A stretch of DNA of 20,873 nucleotides from Octopus sinensis (lineage: Eukaryota): positions 1-20,873 of the forward strand of contig NW_021823845.1 of the NCBI RefSeq assembly GCF_006345805.1, in the 5' to 3' direction. A program made the position numbers and the translations under genes. Shown here piece after piece: positions 10,374 to 19,959 of this stretch (position 1 is its first letter; the number at the start of each line of letters is the position of its first letter). The notes beneath the pieces were generated by a model that did no database searches, was not told where the DNA came from, and was given only the letters and a program-made list of their open reading frames with translations.

Positions 10374-10586
10374 CGTATGTATGTATATATGTATGTATGT
10401 ATGTTGGTATGTATGTATGTATGTATATACACGACCCGTTTTCTTTCAGTTCTTGTCAACCAACCCACTCACAAGGCTTAAGTCAGCCTAGGTCCATCGT
10501 AGAAGGCACTTGCCCAAAGTGCTACACAGTGGGACTGAACCTTGAACCATGTGATTCTGAAGCAAACTTCTAACCACACAGCCATT
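9635..10586 (-). mobile_element. SINE split in two by an expanded internal microsatellite and a nested insert
   Basis: 5' half at 10432-10586 and 3' half at 9635-9820, same strand and order as the family at 7291-7688. Confidence 0.7.
9886..10045 (+). mobile_element. pLTR-like fragment carrying CTGATGA
   Basis: GAGTCGAAACAAGGGCAGCTGATGAAGGGGAATATTCCTT followed by a T-rich tail ending in TA repeats. No GAAA follows the stem-loop. Confidence 0.4.
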
Positions 10587-10954
10587 AAATTGCACTTTAC
10601 GTATTTTACTTATGTATTTTAATAACTGTAACAACGTGTGCGCTTCTGCTGTTCTATGGCTTGGTCTACGCATTGCAATAAACGTTATCGATTTCTCTTG
10701 CTCTGAGGATTTCTATCTCTGCTGATCCATTTATGGAGGAGTTAATATAAACGCTCTTCTAAGTACGCGATTTTTACCGCTGTCATTGTGTGTCTCCTTG
10801 AATGTTCTCTGTCTCCATATATTTGCATACTTTTATATCTTCGGTGTAAACAGACGCGATGGAACGTTAATGCCTACAGATGGACTTATTGTATTATATT
10901 GGTATTCTTACTAGTATAGTTCTAAAGGTTAGATTTTAGTACCAACCAATATTT

Positions 10955-11298
<344 letters not shown>

Positions 11299-11514
11299 TA
11301 TAAATTCCTCAACGTCAGCTGCTGCGACAATTACGACCGTATGTTGTCTAAAGACCTTGTTGATGTTAAAATATTTGTATCTTGGTAACAGTTTATTTTC
11401 TACACTAGATATGTAGAAATTTACGAGCGTGTGTTCTAAAGGATGATTCGAATCCGTATTCATAGAACTTGTCCACAACAAACAGGCAGCAATACATGCT
11501 AAAATCACTCCGTT

Positions 11515-11584
11515 TTAAAGATGTGACGGTGAAGGCCTCAAATATTTGTTGATATAATCAGCAACTTGTTCTGTTCTATACAGA
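11515..11584 (-). CDS. candidate terminal exon
   Basis: Acceptor TTTTATCTTATTTTCGTATGAGTTCGTTCCAG|, then T+LYRTEQVADYINKYLRPSPSHL*. Phase-compatible with 12972-13036. Confidence 0.18.
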
Positions 11585-11676
11585 CTGGAACGAACTCATA
11601 CGAAAATAAGATAAAACCTCAATAAAAGAAATGCATAAATACAGAATACGGTCGCTTTTCTCTCTCTCTCTCTATA

Positions 11677-11712
<36 letters not shown>

Positions 11713-11783
11713 CACATATACATACACATACATGTGTGTAAGAATACACACAAATACACATATATATAAATCTGGGAGTGTAC

Positions 11784-11830
<47 letters not shown>

Positions 11831-11869
11831 ATATATGTGTGTGTGTTGGTTTGTGTTTGTGTTTGTGTG

Positions 11870-12072
11870 TGTGTGTGTTTGTGTTTTCCCCCACCATCGC
11901 TTGACAACCGATGCTAGTGTGTTCACACCCCCGTAACTTAGCGGTTCGGCAAAAGAGACCGAAAGCCTAAGTACTAGGCTTATAAAGAATAAGTCCTGGA
12001 TCGGATTGTTAGACTAAAGGCGTTGCTTCAGCATGGCCGCAGTCAATGACCCAAACAAATAAAAGAATAAAA

Positions 12073-12075
<3 letters not shown>
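11870..12075 (+). mobile_element. SINE 3' half
   Basis: CGCTTGACAACCGATGCTAGTGTG..GTAACTTAGCGGTTCGGCAAAAGAGACCG..CAGCATGGCCGCAGTCAATGAC..AAAAGAATAAAAG. Confidence 0.88.
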
Positions 12076-12128
<53 letters not shown>

Positions 12129-12319
12129 TCCAGAGATTCTCAGTATTGAAGGCATTTGGTAGTGACCAAACACCTCAAACTTAGACCTCGATGTCTTTAC
12201 AGGGGATCAATTCCACAGAGTAAAGAATAGCTATAAGAGGGATGAAGCTGAGCAATTAAGGAGGCAATTCTTCTGAGAAACGAGTTATGTATATATTAAA
12301 TATAACAACTTGGGCATGG

Positions 12320-12725
12320 AATACAAAATATGTCTATATTTATACATTGGAGACTTTCAGACGATGAATATTTAAGGATAAATATAAATACATAGATATT
12401 TATATTAATAGATCCAGCTTACCCAGAGTAGAAACGACGGAGAAAATTAAAGGCGAGGAAGCAAGGTGTTATAAGTTCAAAAGCAGTTTCTGGGGGTTCG
12501 GAAATCCATCAATATGATCTCCGAACCCCAGAAACAGCTGTTGGAATTATAACACCTTTCTCAAACACTTTAAAATTTCTCTTTCGTTTCTACTCTGTGT
12601 AAGTTGGATTTATTAATATAAATATCTATATATTTATATCTATACTTAAATATACATCGTCTGAAAGTCTCCAGTTTTTGCTTTCTCTCGTTTTGCCGGT
12701 ATACATATAGACATATTTTGTATTT
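12320..12725. repeat. about 400-bp imperfect palindrome (fold-back pLTR-like)
   Basis: Arms TGGAGACTTTCAGACGATG...GTTTCTGGGGGTTCGGA (12348-12502) and TCCGAACCCCAGAAAC...CATCGTCTGAAAGTCTCCA (12520-12673). Outer pairing extends to 12320/12725. Confidence 0.9.
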
Positions 12726-12799
12726 CATTCACAAACTGTTATATTTAGTATATCTAATTTGTTTATCCGCAGAAGTGTTTCCATGCATACGCACGCACG

Positions 12800-12832
<33 letters not shown>

Positions 12833-12872
12833 ACACCACGTGTCTCAATATTTATATGATCATGAATATAGT

Positions 12873-12909
<37 letters not shown>

Positions 12910-12971
12910 CGATGTATATTACAGCGCCGTGCTTGTTACATGAAGGTCTGTATGTTATATTGCTATCATAC

Positions 12972-13036
12972 GTTCCGTGACGGAAAATCAATAAGTCAAA
13001 AGATCGATCATCTAACGATCGATCGGAATGTAATGA
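12972..13036 (-). CDS. candidate 65-nt exon
   Basis: TATATTCGTGTAG| ... AAC|GTATGA, reading SLHSDRSLDDRSFDLLIFRHG. Weak acceptor. Confidence 0.15.
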
Positions 13037-13099
13037 CTACACGAATATACTATTGTCGTCTTTGGTCTGATCACATGCATGTTCAGCTGCACATCCATT

Positions 13100-13136
13100 C
13101 ATTTATCCATCTATCTATCTATCTATCTATCATCAG

Positions 13137-13186
<50 letters not shown>

Positions 13187-13194
13187 AATCAGTA

Positions 13195-13261
<67 letters not shown>

Positions 13262-13267
13262 AATCAG

Positions 13268-13303
<36 letters not shown>

Positions 13304-13346
13304 CTATCTATCTATCTATATAATATATCTATATATATATCTATAA

Positions 13347-13386
<40 letters not shown>

Positions 13387-13690
13387 TGTCTATCTATCTA
13401 TCTATGTATCTATCTATCTATCTATCTATCTATACGTCTGTCTGTCTATCTATCTATCTATCTACCTAACTACCTATCTATCTTTCTACCTATCTATCTA
13501 TCTATCTACCTATCTATATATCTATCTATCTATATGTCTGTTTGTCTATCTATCTTTCTATCTATCTATCTACCTAACTACTTATCTATCCCTCTACCTA
13601 TCTACCTATCTATCTATCTACCTATCTATCTACCTATCTATATATCTATCTGTCTATCTGCCTACCTATCTATCTATCTATCTGTCTGTA

Positions 13691-13724
<34 letters not shown>

Positions 13725-13830
13725 CCTATCTACCTATCTACATATCAGTCTTCCTATCTATCTGTCCATCTATCTATCTCTTTATCTGTCTATCTCTTTA
13801 TCTGTCTATCTTTTCTCTATATATATTTGT
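13100..13830 (+). repeat. (TCTA)n/(CCTA)n compound microsatellite with TA block
   Basis: Direct reading. Confidence 0.97.
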
Positions 13831-13991
13831 CTATTTATCTAGCTCGTTATCTGTTTGTATTTCTGACCAACTTATTAACTAACTAACTGACTGACTAACA
13901 AACGGACTATCCTTTTCCCCCTCCAGTTATGAAGCCATCCATTTTAAAATTTACGTTCACCTTTTTGTTCGTCCTCATAAAAAAATTTACA

Positions 13992-14115
13992 TTACCGCCT
14001 CTCCTTCCCTTACTCTCCCTACTTCTCTCTTTCACTTCTTCTCTCTCTCTCTCTCAGTATATATATTAATTTAATTATTTATATATATATATACATATAT
14101 ATTTATATATATATA
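13992..14115 (+). repeat. left arm of inverted duplication flanking the PLE
   Basis: TTACCGCCTCTCCTTCCCTTACTCTCCCTAC...CTCAGTATATATATTAATTTAATTATTT is the reverse complement of 16680-16800. Confidence 0.92.
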
Positions 14116-14168
14116 TATATGTTATATATATATATATATATATATGTATATTATATATATCTATATAT

Positions 14169-14199
<31 letters not shown>

Positions 14200-14346
14200 G
14201 CATATATATATATATATACAATATATAATATATATAATATATATATATATAACGGGAAGCTTTATGAAATAAACAAAAGACGAAGGCAGGTGGAAAACAA
14301 ACGAACAATTGTATTAGTATGGCGCTCAGGAAATATAAATAAAACA

Positions 14347-14386
14347 GTCTTTAACGTTTTCGAGCCTACGCTCTTCAACAGAAAGA
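14347..14386 (-). ncRNA. minimal type I hammerhead-like motif, variant core
   Basis: TCTTT-CTGTTGA-A-GAGC GTAG GCTC-GAAAAC-GTT-AAAGA. Stem I is 5 bp and stem II 4 bp. The core reads CUGUUGA and there is one extra A after GAAA. Confidence 0.6.
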
Positions 14387-14568
14387 TACACAGAGAGAGA
14401 AAAACACAGAAAGAAGGAGAGAAAAAAAATGCGTGCAGTAGCTAACGAATCAACATGGCGATCTGATTTCGGCCAGAGGTCAAAGATCAAACATGAGACG
14501 CGAGAGCGAAATAGGGGAGATAATAGGGTTGATAAAAGGGTTGAGGGACAGCTAATAGTGCGTGGAGG

Positions 14569-14890
14569 GGTCTGGATGTGTGTATGTATAGGGTTGGTGT
14601 ATGTATTAGTATGTATAAGGGTGTGGTGTGTGTGTGTGTGTGTATGAGAGAGTATTAGTGCGTAGGATTGGTCTGGACGTGCGTATGTATGGGGTTGGTG
14701 TATGTATTAGTATGTATTAGTATGTATTAGTACGTATTGGTATGTATAGGTGTGTGGTTTGTGTGTGAGTATAAGTGCGTATGCGGGGTCTGGACGTGTG
14801 TATGTATAGGGTTGGTGTAAGTATTAGTATGTACTAGTATGTATTAGTACGTATTAGTATGTATTAGTTTGGTGTGTGTATTAGTATGGC
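14569..14890 (+). repeat. three-copy minisatellite in the PLE 3' UTR with GTATTAGTAT subunits
   Basis: GGTCTGGA(C/T)GTG starts at 14569, 14670 and 14787. Confidence 0.85.
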
Positions 14891-15217
14891 ACATCATATG
14901 TGATGTGATGTGTAAAGTCATGTGGTGTGAGTGAGGAGAAAGAGGGGGAGAGAAGAAGGGGAGGGGGAGAAGAGGGGGAGGAGAAGGGGAAGAGGAGAGG
15001 ATGGGGGAGAAGGAAGGGGATGATGGGGATGAAGGAGAGAAAGAGGGAGAGGGGGGAGAGAAGGGAGAGAGGGAGGGAGGGAGCAGAGGGAAGGGGAAGA
15101 GGGAGGGAGAAAGAGGGAAGAAGGGAAGGGGAGTTAGGGGTGAAAAGGATGAAGGACTGAAGAAGTAGGGGGGGTCGGGGGGAGAAAGGAGATAGGTGAG
15201 GAGGGGGGAGAGGGGGG

Positions 15218-16555
15218 TTAGATGAGGAGGGGGGAGAGTTGAGACCAAATGGCGTATAAGAGCGAAGAGAGAAGATTAATTCCTGTTCACGGCGCAAACG
15301 GGAATCCGGATGGCCTCTGTGTAAGGACAACCGAACACAGATAGGTTTGCAAGGAGTGACCGTTGAGCGGAAATGGCGTGAGACCCGGTGTGTCGTTCGC
15401 AAGGTGGATGTCACGAAGGTGTTCCGCGAACCGGTCAGCCAAGCGGCGTCCCGTTTGTCCGATGTACAAGGAATTGCAGAGGAGAGCAAGAGATGCAATA
15501 GATAATATTGCTGGAGGTGCAGGTGAAGGAGTGGATGATGGGATAGGGTCGATGGTGGGTGCTAGTGAGGCGGGTGGTGTTGGAGAGGTAAGGGCAAGTG
15601 GCGGCAACGTGGGCGGGAGCAGGGGAACGAGCCGGGTTGGGAGGTAGTGTCAGGGAAGGAGCTATGGACCAAAAGGTCTCGAAGGTTGTGGGCTCGTTTG
15701 AAAGAGGGGAGGGGTCGGTTAGGGAAGAGGTGTGACGTGGACGGGTCGGACTGGAGATGACGGAAAGCTCGAAGAATGGTGCGTTGGAGACGTAGGGTCG
15801 TGGGTGGTAAGTGAGGGGAAAAGGGAGGCGGGAGACTACAGGGCGGGTTCGGGGAGAGAGAGCAGATACACGGTCCACGGACCGTGCTCTGGCAAGGGCG
15901 GTGTGGATAGTGGTGAGGGGGTATCCACGTAGGGTGAAGTGGTGAGCCATACGTTGAGACTGAGTCTCAAAGTCATTGTCGTCACTACAGAGCCTACGTA
16001 GACGGAGGAATTGGGAATAGGGGATGGAAAGCTTGGTGTGTTCTGTGGGTGGAGGAAGAGAAGTTGAGGTATGAGTGTGAGTCTGTGTGTTGTAGTGAAT
16101 GGAGGTGGTAAGAGTGGAGTGAAGAATGCTAACCGAAATGTCGAGGAAGGACAGAGGTGTTGGAGATAGTGGAAGTGAAGTGGAGGGCTGGATGGAAAGA
16201 TTGGACGAAAGAGAGAAGGAATCTAGATGTTCGCGGGAGAGTGAGGTGGCACCGATAATGTCGTCAATATAACGACCATATAGTTCAGGAGTGGGACCAG
16301 TGAAATTAGAGAATATTTGGGCCTCAACATAGCCAACGAACAGGTTCGCATAGTTGGGGCCATTCGCGTTCCCATGGCCACTCCCGAGACCTGATGGTAA
16401 GAACTCGCCCGCGAACGAGAAGCAGTTCAGAGTAAGGACAAGTTCGGCCAGACGAATGAGTGTGGAGGTGTCAGGTACAGGGTTAGAGCGGAGGTCAAGA
16501 AAGTGTCGAAGGGCCTGCAGTCCTTCGTGGTGAGGGATAAACAGTATAGAGGCTT
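15218..16555 (-). pseudogene. PLE reverse transcriptase-GIY-YIG ORF, frameshifted and 5'-truncated
   Basis: SLYT.IPH (truncated motif A); QVSGVAMGTRM in a shifted frame, then GPNYANLF; RYIDD; FLDI; SIPYSQFLRLRRLCS; IIYCISC / LYIGQTGRRLADRFAEH; RLRREQELIFSL..PFGLN. Confidence 0.95.
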
Positions 16556-16586
16556 TATATATATATATATATATGATAATATATAT

Positions 16587-16626
<40 letters not shown>

Positions 16627-16630
16627 TACA

Positions 16631-16679
<49 letters not shown>

Positions 16680-16682
<3 letters not shown>

Positions 16683-16800
16683 TATAAATATATATGTATA
16701 TATATATATATATATAAATAATTAAATTAAATATATATACTGAGAGAGAGAGAGAAGTGAAGAGAGAAAGTAGGGAGAGTAAGGGAAGGAGAGGCGGTAA
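16680..16800 (-). repeat. right arm of inverted duplication flanking the PLE
   Basis: Reverse complement of 13992-14115, including TA-tract interruptions (AAATATATATGTATA). Confidence 0.92.
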
Positions 16801-16829
16801 ATATATATATTATATATATATATATATTA

Positions 16830-16866
<37 letters not shown>

Positions 16867-16873
<7 letters not shown>

Positions 16874-16992
16874 CATTAATATTTAGCAGGAGCAAGAGAG
16901 TGACTCAAGAGTCGAGAGTTTCGTGCGTCAATGCACGAAACTCTCGCACTCTGAGCCGCTCTGTTGCTTCTGCTAAATATCAATGAAATATA
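16867..16992. repeat. about 126-bp hairpin with apex GTGC-GTCAAT-GCAC (HHR stem II-like)
   Basis: Arms of about 60 bp: TATATTTCATTAATATTTAGCAGG...GAGAGTTTCGTGC and GCACGAAACTCTC...CTGCTAAATATCAATGAAATATA, with a 6-nt loop. Confidence 0.92.
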
Positions 16993-17052
16993 CATATACT
17001 CATATTTTGAGCTTTATTTTTCCTGTTTACATCATCATGCGTAATATACATA

Positions 17053-17844
17053 TATTGAGTTGGCAACTAAGTTTCCGCCGTTTTTATCAAAATTTTAATT
17101 TTTTAAAAGGCTTAATAAAAAATAACCAATTAATCAATAATGAATTCACCCTTCTTGTTTACAACTTCTTCCCAACGTTCAACAATATTTTCAAAGTGGA
17201 GGCGCAATGGCCCAGTGGTTAGGGCAGCGGTCATAGAATCGCGGTTTCGATTCCCAGACCGGGCGTTGTGAGTGTTTATTGAGCGAAAACACCGAAAGCT
17301 CCACGAGGCTCCGCAGGGATGGTGGTGCTCCCTACTGTACTCTTTCACCTCACCACAACTTTCTCTCACTCTTACTCCACTCTGTACTTCTGTCTGTTGT
17401 CCCTGTATTCAAAGGGCCGGCCTTGTCACTCTTGTGTCACGCTGAATATCCTCGAGAACTACTTAAGGGTACACGTGTCTGTGGAGTGCTCAGCCACTTA
17501 CACGTTAATTTCACGAGCAGGCTGTTCCGTTGATTCGGATCAACCGGAACCCTCGTCGTCGTAACTGACGGAGTGCTTCCATCAATATTTTCAATACCTT
17601 GTTGGGAGAAATCCCCCGATTTCGACTCGAAAAATCGATCCAACTAAGCTCTCAATTCTGCATCAGTATTGAATGAAACTCCGCGCATAGCATTTGAAAG
17701 AAATCGAAACAGGTGGAAATCCGTTGGTGCCAAATCAGAAGAGTACGGCGGATGTGGCAGCACCTCCCAGCCATGCGTATGAATGGCTTCCTTGGTCATA
17801 TTGGCGATATGAGGGCGGGCGTTGTCGTGCAGCAGAAGAACTCC
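17053..17844 (-). mobile_element. mariner 3' portion (D,D34D catalytic end + TIR), interrupted by a SINE
   Basis: LLHDNARPH...WEVLPHPPYSSDLAPTDFHLF, with 34 residues between the two Asp. Rejoined C-terminus QGIENIVERWEEVVNKKGEFIID*. TIR TA-TTGAGTTGGCAACTAAGTTTCCGCCGTTTTT. Confidence 0.95.
17195..17582 (+). mobile_element. full-length tRNA-derived SINE with 12-bp TSD
   Basis: A-box TGGCCCAGTGG and B-box GGTTTCGATTCCC. TSD CAATATTTTCAA at 17183-17194 and 17583-17594. Confidence 0.93.
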
Positions 17845-17868
17845 ATACACATACACACACACACACAT

Positions 17869-17915
<47 letters not shown>

Positions 17916-17940
17916 TATAGATAGATAGATAGATAGATAG

Positions 17941-18115
17941 ATATGTTTCTTTATTAGCCACACAGGGCTGCACACAGACAGGACAAATTACAAGGTAGAG
18001 CTTTTCTTTTGGGGGAAAAAAAAAGGGGGGTTGGTTTTCGATCAAAAGGGATCGTAAAGGGAAAGAAAGAGGACAAAATAAAGGGGTGAATAAAATTTTA
18101 AAAAAAAAGGAGGGG
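17941..18115 (-). mobile_element. short retroposon 3' end inside (GATA)n, copy 2
   Basis: Homologous to 6797-6963. GATA tracts at 17869-17940 and 18116-18190. Confidence 0.8.
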
Positions 18116-18192
<77 letters not shown>

Positions 18193-18309
18193 AGAGAGAG
18201 ATATAGAGGGAGATTGATTGAGTGATTGATTGAATGACTGATTGAGAGAGAGTGATGGAGCGAGAGATAGAGAGAGTTATGTTTGTAATTCTATAATAAC
18301 AGGTGCTGT

Positions 18310-18440
18310 TATTCATGTGTCCTGTCAAGTTTCGTAACTTAGCGATTCGTCAAGTTGATAATATAAGTGCCTGAAAGGCGGTGTCCTAGCATGACCACTG
18401 TCTCGTGGCTAAAACAGATTGATTAACAAAAGTAAAAGAA
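18310..18440 (+). mobile_element. old degraded SINE 3' half
   Basis: GTAACTTAGCGATTCG..AAAGGCGGTGTCCTAGCATGACCAC..AAAAGTAAAAGAATA. Confidence 0.6.
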
Positions 18441-18601
18441 TAGTTACACATGAAAACTTGATAAAAACAAATCGTTAAGCCCAGACAGATACAAAATAAT
18501 TGGGGTTGTGTGTTTGACAGGGTAAACATTTGCAATCGAGTAACGTGTGATCATATCGAAGATAATACTGTTCTATATTTTAGAGATGAAGAATTCTGTA
18601 C

Positions 18602-18761
18602 CTTATTTACATTATTTACATTGGACGGATACGTGTCCTCATCTTATTTGTTATTACCACAACGTTTCGGCTGATTTACTCTCCAGCCTTCATCAGGTAT
18701 CCTGGTGGGATTTTTTGAACCCAACCCTGGGTTCTCATTCCTAAGGTATTTTTTGCTGATG
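18602..18761 (-). mobile_element. PLE pLTR module with hammerhead, copy 1
   Basis: Aligns with 19960-20108. Both end in ATGTAAATAATGTAAATAAG. Confidence 0.85.
18656..18701 (-). ncRNA. minimal type I hammerhead ribozyme with intact catalytic core
   Basis: TAC-CTGATGA-A-GGCTG(GAGAGTAAAT)CAGCC-GAAAC-GTT-GTG. Canonical CUGAUGA and GAAA, 5-bp stem II, palindromic ACGU stem III, GUU cleavage triplet, 3-bp stem I. Confidence 0.75.
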
Positions 18762-18770
18762 TTATTATCA

Positions 18771-18816
<46 letters not shown>

Positions 18817-18828
18817 CATCATTATTCA

Positions 18829-18902
18829 AGGCACTGCCAAGAATTGGACTCGGAATCTTGGGGTTAGTATCCCGCGCTCTTAACCATTACGCTATATACC
18901 CA
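18829..18902 (-). other. tRNA-like cassette (A-box/B-box) inside the PLE 3' region; not a functional tRNA gene
   Basis: GGGTATA-TAGCGTAATGG-TTAAGAGCG-CGGG ATACTAA CCCC-AAGATT-CCGAG TCCAATT CTTGG-CAGTGCC. T-arm stem intact; T-loop/B-box mutated. Confidence 0.65.
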
Positions 18903-18938
18903 TGGGCAATTATAGAGTGAATTTTAGGTCTTACAAAC

Positions 18939-19225
18939 TTAATATTTTGTACCCTTCATTAATACTGATTCCCATATTCTACTCATATCTGCACTAGGTC
19001 TGCTTAGGAGGTTGTTGTGTCCTAGCATACGTGCTGCTCTTTTAGTTTTCGTATTTTCCTGTGGTGTTCTTTGTATATTATTTGAACTTCATCCCACAGG
19101 GGAAGGTGGTCTCCGTTTTTCCATACATGATCAGCTATACCAGATTTATCAATATCTCCTCTTGTCACAGCCTTACGATGTTCTTCTACCCTTGTTTTGA
19201 ATGGGCGGCATGTTTCACCTTAGTA
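18939..19225 (-). pseudogene. PLE GIY-YIG endonuclease C-terminal half
   Basis: Y.GETCRPFKTRVEEHRKAVTRGDIDKSGIADHVWKNGDHLPLWDEVQIIYKEHHRKIRKLKE / HMLGHNNLLSRPSADMSRIWESVLMKGTKY*. Confidence 0.9.
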
Positions 19226-19790
19226 GGAGATAATAAAGAGCGACTTGAAAATAGAAGACAGATGAGAAGAGAGACACACTGCAAGCTTAAGAAGAAATTT
19301 GAGATTCACAACAGATGAGAGCTGTAAGCAGTAACTTCGAGGTGTTATTGAAAATAATTATAATTATCATTGTATGACCCTGTGAGCTTCTTTCGTGCAA
19401 ATGGAGGATATAAATCAAGTTAGAGAAACAGGATTAATCAAAGACTAAAAGAGGGCGAAAGAGGAGAGGTCGAAGATTTTGCCACGTTGTATGTTGTCAG
19501 AATCGGAAACGAAATAAAACGAAAAATAGAACTGGACAGTTTATTGATTTGGTCATAGAATTGAGAATCCACTGGGGACAATGAAAGGGAAAAAATATCG
19601 CTGCTGTTATACAAAATCGCCAAACACAGCTGTTTAAGAGACTAAAAGACTTTTGGAATCGAAGCACGTAAATTGGAACTGCACAGAGCTGTCATCCTAT
19701 ATTCTACAAGAATCCTTCACGAATCTAGTTCTTGGGGAGTTGAGGAGATGGCTAGTACAAAACCTCATAACGTTTATGGACGTGATAAAT

Positions 19791-19791
<1 letters not shown>

Positions 19792-19842
<51 letters not shown>

Positions 19843-19885
19843 CGGTAGTAGAAGTTTGGAAAGGTTTGAAGTTCAGGCACTAACT

Positions 19886-19950
<65 letters not shown>

Positions 19951-19959
19951 TAATAATAA
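19792..19959 (+). repeat. (TAG)n then (AAT)n, separated by a short spacer
   Basis: Direct reading. The spacer end TTCAGGCACTAACTTGAAT resembles the 3' end of the tRNA-like cassette. Confidence 0.9.

Larger units (their letters stand above)
14251..16555 (-). mobile_element. 5'-truncated Penelope-like element (RT + GIY-YIG, 3' UTR, pLTR)
   Basis: ORF remnant at 15218-16555, pyrimidine-rich and minisatellite 3' UTR, pLTR with HHR motif near 14347-14386. Bounded by TA tracts. Confidence 0.93.

Noticed and set aside
12909-12970. Minus-strand ITYRPSCNKHGAVIYIG resembling a GIY-YIG motif
   Set aside because: Too short, no supporting upstream or downstream PLE motifs, and it ends in a CA repeat.
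12718-13882. 201-267 aa YLSI-rich ORFs
   Set aside because: Translations of (TCTA)n and (CA)n/(TG)n repeats.
15363-15932. Plus-strand ORFs of 94 and 66 aa
   Set aside because: Antisense shadows of the PLE ORF.
18490-18600. Open frames on both strands (e.g. VNICNRVTCDHIEDNTVLYFRDEEF)
   Set aside because: No convincing donor site, and several frames are open by chance.
18829-18902. Functional tRNA gene
   Set aside because: T-loop/B-box mutated, weak acceptor stem, and an ACT anticodon without the long variable arm of tRNA-Ser. It is part of a mobile element.
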